Assembly: GCA_031266365.1 (NCBI GenBank)
Contig: JAISBE010000012.1
Span: 445-64,444 of the forward strand
Origin: Oscillospiraceae bacterium
GTDB lineage: Bacteria > Bacillota > Clostridia > Oscillospirales > Acutalibacteraceae
Length of the DNA: 64,000 nt
Direction of reading: 5' to 3'
The notes under the pieces were generated by a model. That model was not told the DNA's origin. It was given only the letters and a program-made list of their open reading frames with translations, and did no database searches. Shown piece after piece: positions 36,953-48,312 of this stretch. The translations under genes were made by a program, and so were the position numbers. The first letter of the stretch is position 1, and the number at the start of each line of letters is the position of its first letter.

Positions 36953-37586
36953 ATTGAAGTCCTAATTTCTCAAAAATCAGCTCTGTCGTTTTGCTCACGT
37001 CATTTTGTCCTTGTATTTCTATAAATTTACCTTGTTTTATATAATAATCCTTTAATGGCTCAGTTTGTTGATGATAAACCTTTAAACGCTCCTTGACCGT
37101 ATCCGGATGATCATCCTTCCTTTGAATGAGCGCTCCTTGGCAATTATCACAGAGATTTTCTACTAAAGGATGTTTAAACTCCAAATGATAACTCGATCCA
37201 CATTTTTCACAAACGCGGCGGCCAGACATTCTTTTAATTATCTCATCATCAGTGACTTTTATATTTAAAACTTTATCTATTTCAATTTTTATAGAATCCA
37301 GCGCCTGTGCCTGTGGAATCGTTCGGGGAAAGCCGTCTAATATAAAGCCACCTTTGCAGTCCTCTTTTTGCAGCCTATTTTCTATTATTTCTATAATGAT
37401 ATCGTCGCTGACTAGTTTGCCTAAATCCACAAAAGCTTTAGCTATTTTGCCTAATTCATCATTATTTTTTATCGCTTCTCTAATAATATTTCCTGTTGCA
37501 ATAATAGGAATACTAAGACTTTTACTGATAAGTTCCGCTTGAGTGCCTTTCCCCGCACCGGGAGCACCTAAAATTATTATTTTCAT
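36939..37586 (-). CDS. adk: adenylate kinase
   Basis: MKIIILGAPGAGKGTQ P-loop. Zn lid CEKCGSSYH...CDNC. Confidence 0.93.
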   Translation of the reverse strand: MKIIILGAPGAGKGTQAELISKSLSIPIIATGNIIREAIKNNDELGKIAKAFVDLGKLVSDDIIIEIIENRLQKEDCKGGFILDGFPRTIPQAQALDSIKIEIDKVLNIKVTDDEIIKRMSGRRVCEKCGSSYHLEFKHPLVENLCDNCQGALIQRKDDHPDTVKERLKVYHQQTEPLKDYYIKQGKFIEIQGQNDVSKTTELIFEKLGLQYDNS

Positions 37587-37606
37587 AAAACTTAACACCT
37601 CTCTTC

Positions 37607-38950
37607 TCAGTCCAAAAACCCTTTATAATGACGCTGCATCATCTGCGCCTCCATCTGTTTAACAGTTTCTAAAGCAACACCCACTAATATTATAATCGAA
37701 GTTCCTCCAAAAGACAAATAACTCAGTGAACTTATTCCTCCAAATGCCATAGGCAGCAATGCGATAAATGCCAAGAATAAAGCACCAATCAATGTGACTT
37801 TAGAAAGAACTTTTGTTATAAAATCCGAAGTCGGTTTGCCCGGACGAATCCCAGGTACTGTTCCATTGCTCTGTTTGAGGTTATTAGCTATCTCTATTGG
37901 ATTATATTGGATAGAAACGTAAAAATACGCAAACATTATTATCAACAAGAAATATAAACCAGCATACAGCCAACCGTTCGGCGATAAGGCTGTTAAGATA
38001 GTCTTCCACAAACCCGGCTCAGCTTGTTCTATAGTTTTCGCATGGGTCAATTGGTAAACAGTGACAGGTAACATTAAGATTGTACTCGCAAAAATAATCG
38101 GCATAACGCCTGTGAGTCCCACCTTAATCGGCAAATGACTATTCTGCCCGCCATACATCTTCCGGCCAACCAAACGCTTCGCATACTGAATTGGTATACG
38201 CCTTTCTGCATCGTTCATAAATACAATAACCCAAATTAAACCTAAGAACATAACCACAAATAACGGCACAAAAATGAAATTTCCACTCAATGATTCCGGA
38301 TTTTCTATAGCTGAAGTGATGGAAACCCACAATTTTCCTATCATATCCGGCATTCTTGAAACAATTCCTGCAAACAGCAGAATTGATATACCATTTCCTA
38401 TTCCCTTTTTGTTAACTTGTTCTCCAAGCCACATCATCATTGCCGTTCCCGCTGTGAAAGCTGCAACGATAACCACGGCAGCAAACCAAGACTCCCAACC
38501 TGTCCTAAACGGCACAATATAGCGGGCTCCATGATGTTGATTTTTCAAAATCCAATAAAACCCCACACCTTGCATTACCCCAATAATCACCGTTACGTAT
38601 CGCGTTATAGCTGCAATTTTTTTATGCCCTTCTTCGCCTTCTTTTGATAATCTTTCCAAAACAGGGAGGCCAACCGTCAATAATTGCATGATAATCGAAG
38701 AGTTGATATAAGGCTGCACAGACATTGCAAATAAAGTTGCATGGGCAAAAGCACCACCTGAGAACATGTTAAATTGCGCAAATAATCCTTCATTCGCGGC
38801 ATCGGCCATGTAGCCCTTTAGTGCTTCCACATCTAAAAACGGAACTGGGATCACAGACCCTAATCTGAAAACTATTATAATAAATAGAGTAAAGATAATT
38901 TTCTTTCTCAAATCAGGCACATTCCATGCGTTTCTTATCGTTTGAAACAA
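37607..38950 (-). CDS. secY: preprotein translocase subunit SecY
   Basis: 447-aa, 10-TM type ORF between rplO and adk. Confidence 0.94.
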   Translation of the reverse strand: MFQTIRNAWNVPDLRKKIIFTLFIIIVFRLGSVIPVPFLDVEALKGYMADAANEGLFAQFNMFSGGAFAHATLFAMSVQPYINSSIIMQLLTVGLPVLERLSKEGEEGHKKIAAITRYVTVIIGVMQGVGFYWILKNQHHGARYIVPFRTGWESWFAAVVIVAAFTAGTAMMMWLGEQVNKKGIGNGISILLFAGIVSRMPDMIGKLWVSITSAIENPESLSGNFIFVPLFVVMFLGLIWVIVFMNDAERRIPIQYAKRLVGRKMYGGQNSHLPIKVGLTGVMPIIFASTILMLPVTVYQLTHAKTIEQAEPGLWKTILTALSPNGWLYAGLYFLLIIMFAYFYVSIQYNPIEIANNLKQSNGTVPGIRPGKPTSDFITKVLSKVTLIGALFLAFIALLPMAFGGISSLSYLSFGGTSIIILVGVALETVKQMEAQMMQRHYKGFLD

Positions 38951-39391
38951 TTATATCACCTCCGCTTTTCCACCAACTTTTTCAACCTTTTGCTTTGCCG
39001 AATCAGAAAATTTTCCAACTTTAACAGTCAATTTTTTAGTTAAATTTCCATTTCCAAGAATTTTAACACCATCACAACGCGTTTTAATAATGCCAGCTTC
39101 TCTCAAAACTTTTTCATCTATAATGGAGCCATCTTCAAATAAATTAAGAGAACAAACATTAACAGCAACAATTTTTTTCGCAAATATATTATTAAAACCT
39201 CTCTTAGGCACTCTTCTTTGTAAAGGCATCTGCCCACCTTCAAAACCCACTCTCACTCCACCACCAGATCTCGCTTTTTGTCCTTTATGGCCTTTTCCAG
39301 CAGTTTTGCCCTGTCCTGAGCCGTGCCCTCTGCCAATACGTTTACTCTTTTTTTTAGCACCAACTGCAGGTGAAAGTTCATGTAATTTCAT
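38951..39391 (-). CDS. rplO: 50S ribosomal protein L15
   Basis: [44 protein letters not shown]. Confidence 0.94.
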   Translation of the reverse strand: MKLHELSPAVGAKKKSKRIGRGHGSGQGKTAGKGHKGQKARSGGGVRVGFEGGQMPLQRRVPKRGFNNIFAKKIVAVNVCSLNLFEDGSIIDEKVLREAGIIKTRCDGVKILGNGNLTKKLTVKVGKFSDSAKQKVEKVGGKAEVI

Positions 39392-39406
39392 CGCCTCACA
39401 CCTCCT

Positions 39407-39586
39407 TTAATTTTTTTCTACATTAACAAGGTGGGTTATCTTATTTATTTTACCTTTAGTCTGCAGATTATTTGGCTGAGTTGTTTCATCGCCAATTTTT
39501 TTAAGACCAAGGGAATGCGCAACTGCGATCTGATTTGTATTGCCGCCAATAAGACTTTTCGCCAGCTTTATTTTAATTTCTCCCAA
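39407..39586 (-). CDS. rpmD: 50S ribosomal protein L30
   Basis: Start trimmed to a TTG 5 nt after GGAGGTGGAG. (M)GEIKIKLAKSLIGGNTNQIAVAHSLGLKKIGDETTQ... 59 aa. Confidence 0.85.
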   Translation of the reverse strand: MGEIKIKLAKSLIGGNTNQIAVAHSLGLKKIGDETTQPNNLQTKGKINKITHLVNVEKN

Positions 39587-39602
39587 GATAGCTCCACCTC
39601 CA

Positions 39603-40106
39603 TTAAAAAATCTCGCTAACTGCTTTACCGCGCAATTTAGCAACTTCTTTTGCCGTGCGCAGGCTTTCTAAACCCTGCATAGTTGCGCGTACCACATTAC
39701 AAGGATTATTTGACCGCAGAGCCTTAGTGCTAACATCTTTAACCCCCGCAGCATCCATCACGGCGCGCACCGGCCCACCAGCAATAATACCGCTACCAGG
39801 AGCTGCCGGTTTCATTAAAACCCTTGCCGCACTAAAAATCCCGATAATTTCATGCGGAATTGTTGTCCCTTTTAAAGAAATTTTCTTTAAATTTTTCTTC
39901 GCATCTTCAATACCTTTGCGAATTGCGTCCGGCACTTCACCCGCTTTACCTATACCAAAGCCAACAGTTCCATTGCCGTCACCCACAACTACCAAAGCTG
40001 AAAATTTAAAAATACGCCCACCTTTAACGGTTTTAGATACCCTGTTCACCGCAACTAATTTTTCTTTTAAATCTAAAGCGGCTGCATCAATTTTTATCAA
40101 CAACAA
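39603..40106 (-). CDS. rpsE: 30S ribosomal protein S5
   Basis: ...[39 protein letters not shown]. The start is ambiguous among three consecutive TTG codons. Confidence 0.92.
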   Translation of the reverse strand: MLLIKIDAAALDLKEKLVAVNRVSKTVKGGRIFKFSALVVVGDGNGTVGFGIGKAGEVPDAIRKGIEDAKKNLKKISLKGTTIPHEIIGIFSAARVLMKPAAPGSGIIAGGPVRAVMDAAGVKDVSTKALRSNNPCNVVRATMQGLESLRTAKEVAKLRGKAVSEIF

Positions 40107-40116
40107 TACCTCCCTT

Positions 40117-40479
40117 TTAGAACTTAAGTCCGCCTTCTCTGGCGCCTTCTGCCAATTCTTTCACACGCCCATGAAATATATATCCACCGCGATCAAAAAC
40201 CACTTTATTTATACCTTTTTCAGCTGCACGCGTTGCAAGTAATTTTCCAACTTCGTTTGCGCCTTTTTTATTTCCGCCATTTGGCACCAATTCGCGATCT
40301 AAACTCGACGCCGAGCATAAAGTACTACCTGCTTGATCATCGATCAACTGAGCATAAATATTATTCAGTGAACGAAAAACGTTCAACCTTGGTCTTTGTG
40401 CTGTACCATTAGAGATTTTTCCTCTCACTCTTTTATGACGAACTAACCTGGTCTTATTACTATTAATTTTTTTTACCAT
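40117..40479 (-). CDS. rplR: 50S ribosomal protein L18
   Basis: [22 protein letters not shown]...[18 protein letters not shown]. The ATG lies 8 nt after GAGGT. Confidence 0.93.
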   Translation of the reverse strand: MVKKINSNKTRLVRHKRVRGKISNGTAQRPRLNVFRSLNNIYAQLIDDQAGSTLCSASSLDRELVPNGGNKKGANEVGKLLATRAAEKGINKVVFDRGGYIFHGRVKELAEGAREGGLKF

Positions 40480-40495
40480 TCTCACTTACCTCGCA

Positions 40496-41044
40496 TTACT
40501 TTTTACCGCCTTTACCAACTTTGCCCTCTTTACGCTTAATAACTTCGTTTTCGTATTTAATACCTTTACCTTTATAAGGTTCTGGAGGGCGTTTTTCTCT
40601 AACTTCAGCGGCAAACTGACCCACTTTTTGTTTATCTATTCCATTAATAATTATCTTATTTGGCCCTGGTACTTCAATTTTAATATCTTCTGTATCAGAT
40701 ACTATTACTTGATGAGAATATCCCAAATTCATAACGAGATTTTTTCCTTGCTTTTGGACACGATATCCCACTCCATTGACTTCAAGCGCTTTTTTAAATC
40801 CATTAACAACGCCTTCTACCATATTAGCGATTAAAGTGCGCGTTAAGCCGTGCAGAGAACGATTTTCTTTGTTATCATTCGGACGGGTAACGTTAATTAC
40901 TGAACCTTCAACTTTAACGGTCATGTTTTTATTTATATTTTGTATTAAAGTTCCCTTAGGTCCTGAAATTTCAATTTTATTGCCATCGAGCGCAATTTTA
41001 ACTCCACTGGGGATATCGATTGGCTTTCTTCCTATTCTAGACAA
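40496..41044 (-). CDS. rplF: 50S ribosomal protein L6
   Basis: Start trimmed to a TTG giving (M)SRIGRKPIDIPSGVKIALDGNKIEISGPKG. GGAGG upstream. Confidence 0.92.
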   Translation of the reverse strand: MSRIGRKPIDIPSGVKIALDGNKIEISGPKGTLIQNINKNMTVKVEGSVINVTRPNDNKENRSLHGLTRTLIANMVEGVVNGFKKALEVNGVGYRVQKQGKNLVMNLGYSHQVIVSDTEDIKIEVPGPNKIIINGIDKQKVGQFAAEVREKRPPEPYKGKGIKYENEVIKRKEGKVGKGGKK

Positions 41045-41057
41045 TTCATACACCTCC

Positions 41058-41456
41058 TCACCAAACGAATGCAAGTACTTCGCCACCCACATTTTCTGTT
41101 CGGGCCTGACGATCCGTCATGACTCCTTTTGATGTGGAGACTATAGCGATACCTAGACCTTTCATTACCCTGGGCATAGTTTCAACATCGCTATATATTC
41201 TAAGGCCTGGTTTTGAAACTCTTTTTAGCCCCATAATGACTGGAGATTTATTTTCTCCATACCTCAAATTCATCTTAATTAAACCCTGTTTGCCGTCCTC
41301 GATTACAGTAAAATTTCTAATATATCCCTCATCTACAAGAATTTTAGAAATCGCTTTTTTTATGTTAGAAGCCGGAATCGTCACGGTATCGTGTTTGGCA
41401 GAACTTGCATTGCGAATTCTCGTCAGCAAATCCGCAATTGCATCCGTTATTTGCAT
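41058..41456 (-). CDS. rpsH: 30S ribosomal protein S8
   Basis: [30 protein letters not shown]. Confidence 0.94.
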   Translation of the reverse strand: MQITDAIADLLTRIRNASSAKHDTVTIPASNIKKAISKILVDEGYIRNFTVIEDGKQGLIKMNLRYGENKSPVIMGLKRVSKPGLRIYSDVETMPRVMKGLGIAIVSTSKGVMTDRQARTENVGGEVLAFVW

Positions 41457-41481
41457 AATATATTCCTCCTTTGATAAGCTG

Positions 41482-41667
41482 TTACCAGCTTGCCTTTCTC
41501 ACGCCTGGAATCTGACCTTTATAAGCAAGTTCTCTAAAGCATATACGGCAAACGCCAAACTTTCTAAGATAAGCATGAGGTCTTCCACATATCCGGCATC
41601 TACTATATTTTCGCGTTGAAAATTTAGGAATCCGTTGCTGTTTGATTTTCATTGACATCTTAGCCAC
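41482..41667 (-). CDS. rpsN: 30S ribosomal protein S14 type Z (zinc form)
   Basis: 61 aa. [38 protein letters not shown]. Confidence 0.94.
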   Translation of the reverse strand: MAKMSMKIKQQRIPKFSTRKYSRCRICGRPHAYLRKFGVCRICFRELAYKGQIPGVRKASW

Positions 41668-41679
41668 GATAATCTCTCC

Positions 41680-42219
41680 TTACTTTGCAAATGGAGCTCC
41701 CATTCGCTCCAAAAGCTCTCGAGCTTCTTCATCTGTTTTTGCTGTTGTCACGAAACATATATCCATTCCACGAACTTTATCAACTTTATCATACTCTATT
41801 TCAGGGAAAATTAGCTGTTCTTTAATTCCCATATTATAGTTGCCTCGGCCATCAAACGAGTTTGCGTTGATTCCTCTAAAATCTCTAACTCTCGGCAACG
41901 CAACATTAAAAAATCTATCCAAAAATTCATACATTCTATCGCCGCGCAGCGTGACTTTTGCACCGATTTTCATGCCCTCTCGAAGTTTAAAATTCGCCAC
42001 TGATTTCTTAGCCGTACACACCACCGGTTTTTGCCCTGTAATTGCAGAGAGATCTGCCACAACCCCATCTATTACTTTTGAATTATCTTTAGCTTCACCA
42101 GCAGCAACGCTCACTATAATTTTTTCTAATTTAGGTATCTGCATCACATTTTTATAAGAAAATTTCTTCATCAAATCAGGACTGACAGTCTGTTGATAGA
42201 ATTCCTTTAGCCTAGCCAC
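41680..42219 (-). CDS. rplE: 50S ribosomal protein L5
   Basis: [36 protein letters not shown]. Confidence 0.94.
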   Translation of the reverse strand: MARLKEFYQQTVSPDLMKKFSYKNVMQIPKLEKIIVSVAAGEAKDNSKVIDGVVADLSAITGQKPVVCTAKKSVANFKLREGMKIGAKVTLRGDRMYEFLDRFFNVALPRVRDFRGINANSFDGRGNYNMGIKEQLIFPEIEYDKVDKVRGMDICFVTTAKTDEEARELLERMGAPFAK

Positions 42220-42231
42220 ATTTTTCCCTCC

Positions 42232-42552
42232 TCACAGTGTCTCTCCGCACTTTTTGCAAATCCGATCTTTCGATTTATCTTCGCAAATTTTATGCGCAAT
42301 ACGCGTCGGTTTATTACAGCGCGGGCACAAAATTTGAACTTTACAAGCATATAATGCAGCTTCCGCTTTTACTATTCCACCTTGTTCTCCCATTTTGCGG
42401 GGTTTTACGTGTTTTGATACCAAATTAACTTTCTCAACTATAACTTTACCCTCTTTGGGGCTCACTTCCAAAATTTTGCCCTTTTTCCCTCGGTCTTTAC
42501 CGTTCAAAACAACAACAGTATCGCCCGTTTTCACATGAACTTTTTTAATCAT
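42232..42552 (-). CDS. rplX: 50S ribosomal protein L24 (with C-terminal CxxC...CxxC)
   Basis: Start trimmed to MIKKVHVKTGDTVVVLNGKDRGKKGKILEV (KOW). The C-terminus contains CPRC...CKKC. Confidence 0.9.
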   Translation of the reverse strand: MIKKVHVKTGDTVVVLNGKDRGKKGKILEVSPKEGKVIVEKVNLVSKHVKPRKMGEQGGIVKAEAALYACKVQILCPRCNKPTRIAHKICEDKSKDRICKKCGETL

Positions 42553-42662
42553 AAAAACATCTCCATAAAAGGTGATTATTCCAACAATATACTTCGAACA
42601 AATTTTAGCCGCATCCTTGATATTACCGAAAGCAGCGCTAATTAAATAATCAACAAAATGCG

Positions 42663-43031
42663 TCAAAGCACTTCTGGCGCAAGACTCACTATTTTCATAT
42701 AATCCTTATCTCGAAGTTCTCGCGCAACTGGCCCAAATATACGCGTACCTCTCGGATTTTTATCCTCTTTTATAATCACCGCAGCATTTTCATCAAAACG
42801 AATATATGTGCCATTTTCACGCCGTTTGCCTTTTACTGATCTCACAACAACAGCTTTAACAACTTCGCCTTTTTTTGCCATTCCATTCGGTGCTGCCTTT
42901 TTTACTGAAGCTACAATAATATCGCCAATATTAGCATATTTTCTGCCAGATCCGCCAAGAACTTTAATGCACATCAATTCTTTAGCACCAGTATTATCCG
43001 CAACTCTAAGGCGTGTTTGTTGCTGTATCAT
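42663..43031 (-). CDS. rplN: 50S ribosomal protein L14
   Basis: [28 protein letters not shown]. 122 aa after trimming. Confidence 0.94.
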   Translation of the reverse strand: MIQQQTRLRVADNTGAKELMCIKVLGGSGRKYANIGDIIVASVKKAAPNGMAKKGEVVKAVVVRSVKGKRRENGTYIRFDENAAVIIKEDKNPRGTRIFGPVARELRDKDYMKIVSLAPEVL

Positions 43032-43100
43032 AATTTTCGCCTCCATTCGACTGGATTTATTAATTTTATCTAAAATTTAGCTATTTTACAAAATAAGTAA

Positions 43101-43364
43101 TTATTTCGCTTTTTCTAAAATCTCCGTGACTCGCCAACGCTTTTCTTTTGATAAAGGGCGAGTTTCCATAATGCGCACTCGATCGCCAATACTGCATTCA
43201 TTTTTTTCATCATGCGCTTTTAGTTTAACAGTACGTTTAATAATTTTTTTGTAAAATTTATGTCTTATACTATTTTTAATCGCAACAACAACTGTTTTTT
43301 CCATTTTATCGCTAACTACTCTACCTATTCCTGTTTTTCTCATATTTCTATCTGGCAAAATCAA
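43101..43364 (-). CDS. rpsQ: 30S ribosomal protein S17
   Basis: ...[25 protein letters not shown]... The TTG start overlaps the rpmC stop. Confidence 0.92.
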   Translation of the reverse strand: MILPDRNMRKTGIGRVVSDKMEKTVVVAIKNSIRHKFYKKIIKRTVKLKAHDEKNECSIGDRVRIMETRPLSKEKRWRVTEILEKAK

Positions 43365-43582
43365 TCATCCCCTTTTCTCACAGACGCTGTGGCCCTTAAT
43401 TCATTTTGTCTCATAATAGTTAATATTCTAGCGATATCTTTCTTCACAGCATTTATGCGCATCGGGTTTTCTAATTGATTAACAGCAAGTTGGAATCTCA
43501 AATTAAAAAGTTCGCTTTTTAAATCCTTTAATTTTTTTTGTAACTCCACTAACGTCAATTCCCTAATATCAGAAATTTTCAT
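43361..43582 (-). CDS. rpmC: 50S ribosomal protein L29
   Basis: [40 protein letters not shown]. Confidence 0.93.
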   Translation of the reverse strand: MKISDIRELTLVELQKKLKDLKSELFNLRFQLAVNQLENPMRINAVKKDIARILTIMRQNELRATASVRKGDD

Positions 43583-44007
43583 TGCTGTTCATCACCCGCT
43601 TTTTCTTTTATTAAAAATTTACACTTAATCGGTAATTTATTAGCTGCCAACCGCAACGCCTCCTTGGCGGTCTCCTGAGATACCCCAGCGAGCTCAAACA
43701 TAACTCTACCCGGTTTCACCACTGCAACCCAAAACTCCGGCGAACCTTTTCCTTTACCCATTCTTGTTTCCGCGGGTTTTTTAGTCACAGATTTACTGGG
43801 AAAAATTTTGATCCAAACTTTACCAAATCTTTTGCAATATCGGGTCATAGCAATACGAGCAGCTTCAATTTGATTAGAAGTGATCCAACCCGGCTGTAAA
43901 GCCTGCAAACCAAATTCACCGTATGTTATTTGTGTACCACTAGTCGCTTTGCCTTTCATTCGCCCTCGATGTAAGCGGCGATATTTCACACGTTTTGGCA
44001 TCAACAT
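43579..44007 (-). CDS. rplP: 50S ribosomal protein L16
   Basis: [21 protein letters not shown]. Confidence 0.94.
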   Translation of the reverse strand: MLMPKRVKYRRLHRGRMKGKATSGTQITYGEFGLQALQPGWITSNQIEAARIAMTRYCKRFGKVWIKIFPSKSVTKKPAETRMGKGKGSPEFWVAVVKPGRVMFELAGVSQETAKEALRLAANKLPIKCKFLIKEKAGDEQQ

Positions 44008-44672
44008 TATTTTTTGCCCCCTTCTCTTTGAGGGCTGCGCGCATCTCCCAATACCTCACCTTTATAAAGCCATACTTTCACACCAATTCTACCGTAAGTT
44101 GTTGCTGCTTCAGCAAAACCATAATCTATATCGGCTCTTAAGGTTTGAAGCGGAATGGTGCCTTCGCGATAATGCTCGCTTCTTGCAATTTCAGCGCCTC
44201 CTAAACGACCCGAAACTTGTGTTTTGATTCCTTTGGCACCAAATTTCATAGTACGGCTCATCGATTGCTTCATAGCGCGGCGAAAAGAAGTTCGTTTTTC
44301 TAATTGCGCTGCTATATTTTCCGCAATTAATTGCGCATCCAAATCTGGCGACTTTATTTCCACAATATTGATAAATACTTGCTTTTTTAACATGGTTTCA
44401 CAATCCAGACGCAATTTATCAATTTCACTGCCGCCTTTACCGATAACAACACCAGGTTTAGCACAATAAATATGCACGCGTATCTTTGCAGAATCTCTCT
44501 CTATTTCTATTTTAGAAATTCCAGAAACATATAGTCTCTTCTTTAAATATTTTCGCAATTTATAATCTTCAACGAGAGTATCGCCAAAATATTTATTTTT
44601 CACAAACCAGCGCGAATCCCAATTTTTAATCACGCCAACTCGAAGTCCATGTGGATGCACCTTTTGGCCCAT
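44007..44672 (-). CDS. rpsC: 30S ribosomal protein S3
   Basis: [23 protein letters not shown]. Confidence 0.95.
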   Translation of the reverse strand: MGQKVHPHGLRVGVIKNWDSRWFVKNKYFGDTLVEDYKLRKYLKKRLYVSGISKIEIERDSAKIRVHIYCAKPGVVIGKGGSEIDKLRLDCETMLKKQVFINIVEIKSPDLDAQLIAENIAAQLEKRTSFRRAMKQSMSRTMKFGAKGIKTQVSGRLGGAEIARSEHYREGTIPLQTLRADIDYGFAEAATTYGRIGVKVWLYKGEVLGDARSPQREGGKK

Positions 44673-44691
44673 AACTCACTTCCCCCTTTCA

Positions 44692-45027
44692 TTAATTTCT
44701 TTCTTTAAGCACGATAGTCACATGCGAAGTTCTTTTTTTAATTTGCAATCCGCGTCCTTTAGGCCCTGGCCGTAATCGTTTGAGGATCGGTCCTGGACAT
44801 ACAAAACATTGATCGATATATAATCTGTCTTTATCCATATTATAGTTATTTTCAGCATTTGCTATTGCCGATTTAAGCAATTTTTTTAAATCTTCACAAG
44901 CCGATTTTGGTACATGCTCTAAAACTGCCATCGCAAGATAAGTAGATTTATTTCTAATCAAATCTAGAACTATCGAAATTTTTCGTGGAGATATTCTAGC
45001 ATATTTAAGATAAGCCTTAGCTTCCAT
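44692..45027 (-). CDS. rplV: 50S ribosomal protein L22
   Basis: MEAKAYLKYARISPRKISIVLDLIRNK after trimming. 111 aa. Confidence 0.93.
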   Translation of the reverse strand: MEAKAYLKYARISPRKISIVLDLIRNKSTYLAMAVLEHVPKSACEDLKKLLKSAIANAENNYNMDKDRLYIDQCFVCPGPILKRLRPGPKGRGLQIKKRTSHVTIVLKERN

Positions 45028-45102
45028 TATTATATCACCTCTGCCGTCATTAAACATTATCTACAGTAAAATTTATTTTAAAATTTCTAATTGAGCGCTG
45101 TT

Positions 45103-45378
45103 TTATTTTTTAGTCGTTTTTGAACCAGCATGACCCTTAAATGTTCTCGTCGGCGCAAATTCCCCAAGTTTATGCCCAACCATATCTTCAGTTATATAAA
45201 CAGGCACATGCCTACGACCATCATGGACCGCAAAAGTATGGCCTACAAAATCTGGAAAAACAGTCGAAGCCCGACTCCACGTTTTCAAGATCTTCTTCTC
45301 TTTTGCTTCATTCATCGCCTGAACTCTCTTTAGCAATACAGGCTGTACGAATGGTCCTTTTTTTATGCTTCGTCCCAT
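45103..45378 (-). CDS. rpsS: 30S ribosomal protein S19
   Basis: [19 protein letters not shown]...[29 protein letters not shown]. Confidence 0.95.
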   Translation of the reverse strand: MGRSIKKGPFVQPVLLKRVQAMNEAKEKKILKTWSRASTVFPDFVGHTFAVHDGRRHVPVYITEDMVGHKLGEFAPTRTFKGHAGSKTTKK

Positions 45379-45398
45379 ATTATCGACCTCCTCTAACC

Positions 45399-46232
45399 TT
45401 ACTTTTTCCCACGACGTCTTACGATATATTTATCTGAGCGATGACGTTTTTTGCGCGTTTTAAGTCCGAGCGCTGGCTTACCCCAAGGTGTTCGCGGTCC
45501 AGGGTGACCGATCGGGCTCTTCCCTTCTCCACCACCGTGCGGGTGATCGCAAGGGTTCATCGCCGATCCACGTACTGTTGGCCGCCAGCCCATATTACGC
45601 TTTCTACCCGCTTTTCCTAGTTCGACGTTTGCATGATCCGCATTTCCCACTGGGCCAATTGTCGCTATGCAGCGATTCGATACTGTTCGCAGCTCACCTG
45701 AAGGCAATCTAAGCAAAGCATTTTGCCCTTCCAGTGCCATTAATTGTGCCATATTTCCAGCCGATCTTGCAAGTTGCGCACCTTTGCCTGGATATAGCTC
45801 CACGTTGTGGATAAAAGTACCAGTTGGGATATCTTTAAGCGACAGTGCATTGCCAGGTTTTATATCTGCTTGTGCACCCGCATTTATTTTGTCGCCAGCT
45901 TTCAAGCCTTGTGGCGCAATAATATAGCTTTTAGTTTCATCTTCATATTTAATCAGAGCGATAAGAGCGGAACGATTTGGGTCATATTCCAGCCCTAATA
46001 CTTCAGCTAACATATCCACTTTTTTCCTCTTGAAATCAATAATGCGATATTTTTTACGATTCCCACCACCTCTATGCCGAACCGTGATTCTACCATAACT
46101 ATTTCGGCCCGCTTTTTTATTGAGTGGAGCCAATAAGCTTTTTTCCGGCCCTGATTTAGAAAGATCAGAATAATCCACTACTGACATATTCCTCCTGGAA
46201 GGAGTAGTCGGCTTATAGTTCTTAATTGCCAT
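45399..46232 (-). CDS. rplB: 50S ribosomal protein L2
   Basis: [18 protein letters not shown]...[13 protein letters not shown]. Confidence 0.95.
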   Translation of the reverse strand: MAIKNYKPTTPSRRNMSVVDYSDLSKSGPEKSLLAPLNKKAGRNSYGRITVRHRGGGNRKKYRIIDFKRKKVDMLAEVLGLEYDPNRSALIALIKYEDETKSYIIAPQGLKAGDKINAGAQADIKPGNALSLKDIPTGTFIHNVELYPGKGAQLARSAGNMAQLMALEGQNALLRLPSGELRTVSNRCIATIGPVGNADHANVELGKAGRKRNMGWRPTVRGSAMNPCDHPHGGGEGKSPIGHPGPRTPWGKPALGLKTRKKRHRSDKYIVRRRGKK

Positions 46233-46320
46233 CAATTTCACGCCCCTTTTTAAGGCTCATTTATGCGATATTTCGCTTGCCTTAAATATTATTTACCATT
46301 TAAATGAAACTTTATAATTT

Positions 46321-46611
46321 TTACATCATATCTTCAAAAAATTCAATATTTTTACTTTTCTCACTCAGCGTTACTATAGCTTTTTTCCAAGAAGGCGTAT
46401 AACCTTCTGTTTTACCTCTTTTTCTAAGTTTTCCTCTAACGTGCATAGTGTTCACTTTATCAACTTTAACGTTAAAAAGTTCTTCCACTGCTTTTTTTAT
46501 CGTGATTTTATTTGCATTTTTAACAACTTTGAAAGTATATTTTTTCATAGCAGTCCCCGCCATGGTCTTTTCCGTGATAATAGGGCGAATAACGATATCT
46601 TGAGCAAACAC
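46321..46611 (-). CDS. rplW: 50S ribosomal protein L23
   Basis: ...IIRPIITEKTMAGTAMKKYTFKVVKNANKITIKKAVEELF. Confidence 0.93.
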   Translation of the reverse strand: MFAQDIVIRPIITEKTMAGTAMKKYTFKVVKNANKITIKKAVEELFNVKVDKVNTMHVRGKLRKRGKTEGYTPSWKKAIVTLSEKSKNIEFFEDMM

Positions 46612-47234
46612 TAAGCATACACCTCCTCAATTATATTCACCGCATCGCGCACCACAACCAATTTTTCAGCATTTAGGAGATCATAGACATTTAATATATT
46701 AACCGACGAAGTTTTCACTTCTGGTATATTATTAACCGATTTAACAATTTTATCATTATATTCCGGCAATACAATCAAAGCTTTTTTTTCAACATTAATA
46801 TTTTTTAACATATTCACAATTTTGCGAGTGCTATATTCATTTACATCTATTTTATCTAAGATTATCATATTATTATCTAATACTTTAGAAGAAAATGCCG
46901 ATTTCATAGCCAGACGTCTTGCTTTTTTATTCACCGTGTAGCCGTAATTTCTCGGTTTTGGCGCAAACACAACCCCTCCATGCCGCCACTGCGGAGCCCT
47001 GGTTGAACCTTGGCGCGCCCTGCCAGTGCCTTTCTGCCTCCACGGTTTTCTCCCACCGCCGGCAACCTCCGCACGCGTTTTTGCGGATTGCGTGCCCTGC
47101 CTTTTATTTGCAAGATAATTCACCACAAGTTCATGTAAAACAAACTTATTGGGTTTTATACCAAAAACCGAATCTGAAAGATCTATCTCCCCTACTTGAT
47201 CCCCTTCCATATTCAACATCGCTAATTTAGGCAC
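46611..47234 (-). CDS. rplD: 50S ribosomal protein L4
   Basis: Start trimmed to a GTG 7 nt after GAGGGGG. (M)[25 protein letters not shown]. Overlaps the rplC stop by 8 nt. Confidence 0.9.
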   Translation of the reverse strand: MPKLAMLNMEGDQVGEIDLSDSVFGIKPNKFVLHELVVNYLANKRQGTQSAKTRAEVAGGGRKPWRQKGTGRARQGSTRAPQWRHGGVVFAPKPRNYGYTVNKKARRLAMKSAFSSKVLDNNMIILDKIDVNEYSTRKIVNMLKNINVEKKALIVLPEYNDKIVKSVNNIPEVKTSSVNILNVYDLLNAEKLVVVRDAVNIIEEVYA

Positions 47235-47928
47235 TCTGCATCCCCCTCTTCTTGGCTTTAATGCTGCCACGGATCAACAAAGTGCCCCCATTCGGGCCAG
47301 GTACTGCACCCTTAATCGCAATCAAATTGTTCTCCGCATCAACTTTAATCACTGTTAAATTTTGCACAGTCACCCTTTCACAACCCAGATGCCCTGCCAT
47401 TTTTTTCCCTTTAAACACCCTAGAAGGATCGGAACAGCAGCCCATCGAGCCACCTGTGCGCACACACGGACCTGTACCATGCGTTTCTTTTAATCTTCTA
47501 AAATTCCAACGTTTAATAACCCCAGCCGTGCCTTTACCTTTGCTGGTGCCAGTCACATCGATCTGATCTCCCGTATTAAAGATGTCCACCTTAACTAAAT
47601 CTCCAATTTTATAATCACCTATATTATCAACGCGAAATTCTCTAAGGAAGCGTTTAGGCGCCACATCAGCTTTAATAAAGTGCCCTTGAAGCGGCAACGT
47701 TATATTCGCAGGTTTTTCCGCGAACTTTTGCGATCTTTGTTCTTTTTTATATTTTAATTTCATATCCTGAAACCCAACTTGAATGGCAGCATAGCCATCC
47801 TTTTCCAGATTTTTTATCTGCGAAACCACACACGGTCCTGCTTCCACAACAGTTACAGGAATTACTTTCCCATTTTCATCGAAAATCTGCGTCATTCCGA
47901 TTTTTTTTCCAATGATTGCTTTGTTCAT
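47227..47928 (-). CDS. rplC: 50S ribosomal protein L3
   Basis: [33 protein letters not shown]. Confidence 0.95.
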   Translation of the reverse strand: MNKAIIGKKIGMTQIFDENGKVIPVTVVEAGPCVVSQIKNLEKDGYAAIQVGFQDMKLKYKKEQRSQKFAEKPANITLPLQGHFIKADVAPKRFLREFRVDNIGDYKIGDLVKVDIFNTGDQIDVTGTSKGKGTAGVIKRWNFRRLKETHGTGPCVRTGGSMGCCSDPSRVFKGKKMAGHLGCERVTVQNLTVIKVDAENNLIAIKGAVPGPNGGTLLIRGSIKAKKRGMQSA

Positions 47929-48000
47929 TACTGCATCCTCCTCAGGTTATTGGTTGAATTACGGCCGGAACACATTCAACTTGACCTTAAAGTCATTTTT

Positions 48001-48312
48001 TTAAAGTTTGACTTCAATATCAACGCCAGCAGGTAGCTCAAGCCCCATTATTGCCTCAACAGTTTTGTTCGAAGGCTTTATAATGTCAATTAGTCGCTTA
48101 TGTGTCCTCATCTCAAATTGCTCACGGCTATCTTTATGCTTATGGACAGAACGCAAGATTGTTATGATTTGCTTGTTAGTCGGCAACGGAATTGGACCTG
48201 AAACCTTTGCTCCACTGCGTTTTGCAGTATCTATAATTCTACCTGCCGACTGATCCGCCAGCTGATGATCATAGCTTTTAAGTCTAATTCTAATTTTTTC
48301 CTTCACCGCCAT
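48001..48312 (-). CDS. rpsJ: 30S ribosomal protein S10
   Basis: [45 protein letters not shown]. Confidence 0.95.
   Translation of the reverse strand: MAVKEKIRIRLKSYDHQLADQSAGRIIDTAKRSGAKVSGPIPLPTNKQIITILRSVHKHKDSREQFEMRTHKRLIDIIKPSNKTVEAIMGLELPAGVDIEVKL

Noticed and set aside
32428-48253. Numerous + strand ORFs inside the ribosomal protein cluster, for example 35379..35882, 39655..40242, 41119..41619 and 47252..47566.
   Set aside because: All are antisense shadows of strongly supported - strand ribosomal, secY and adk genes. They have no RBS and low-complexity translations.
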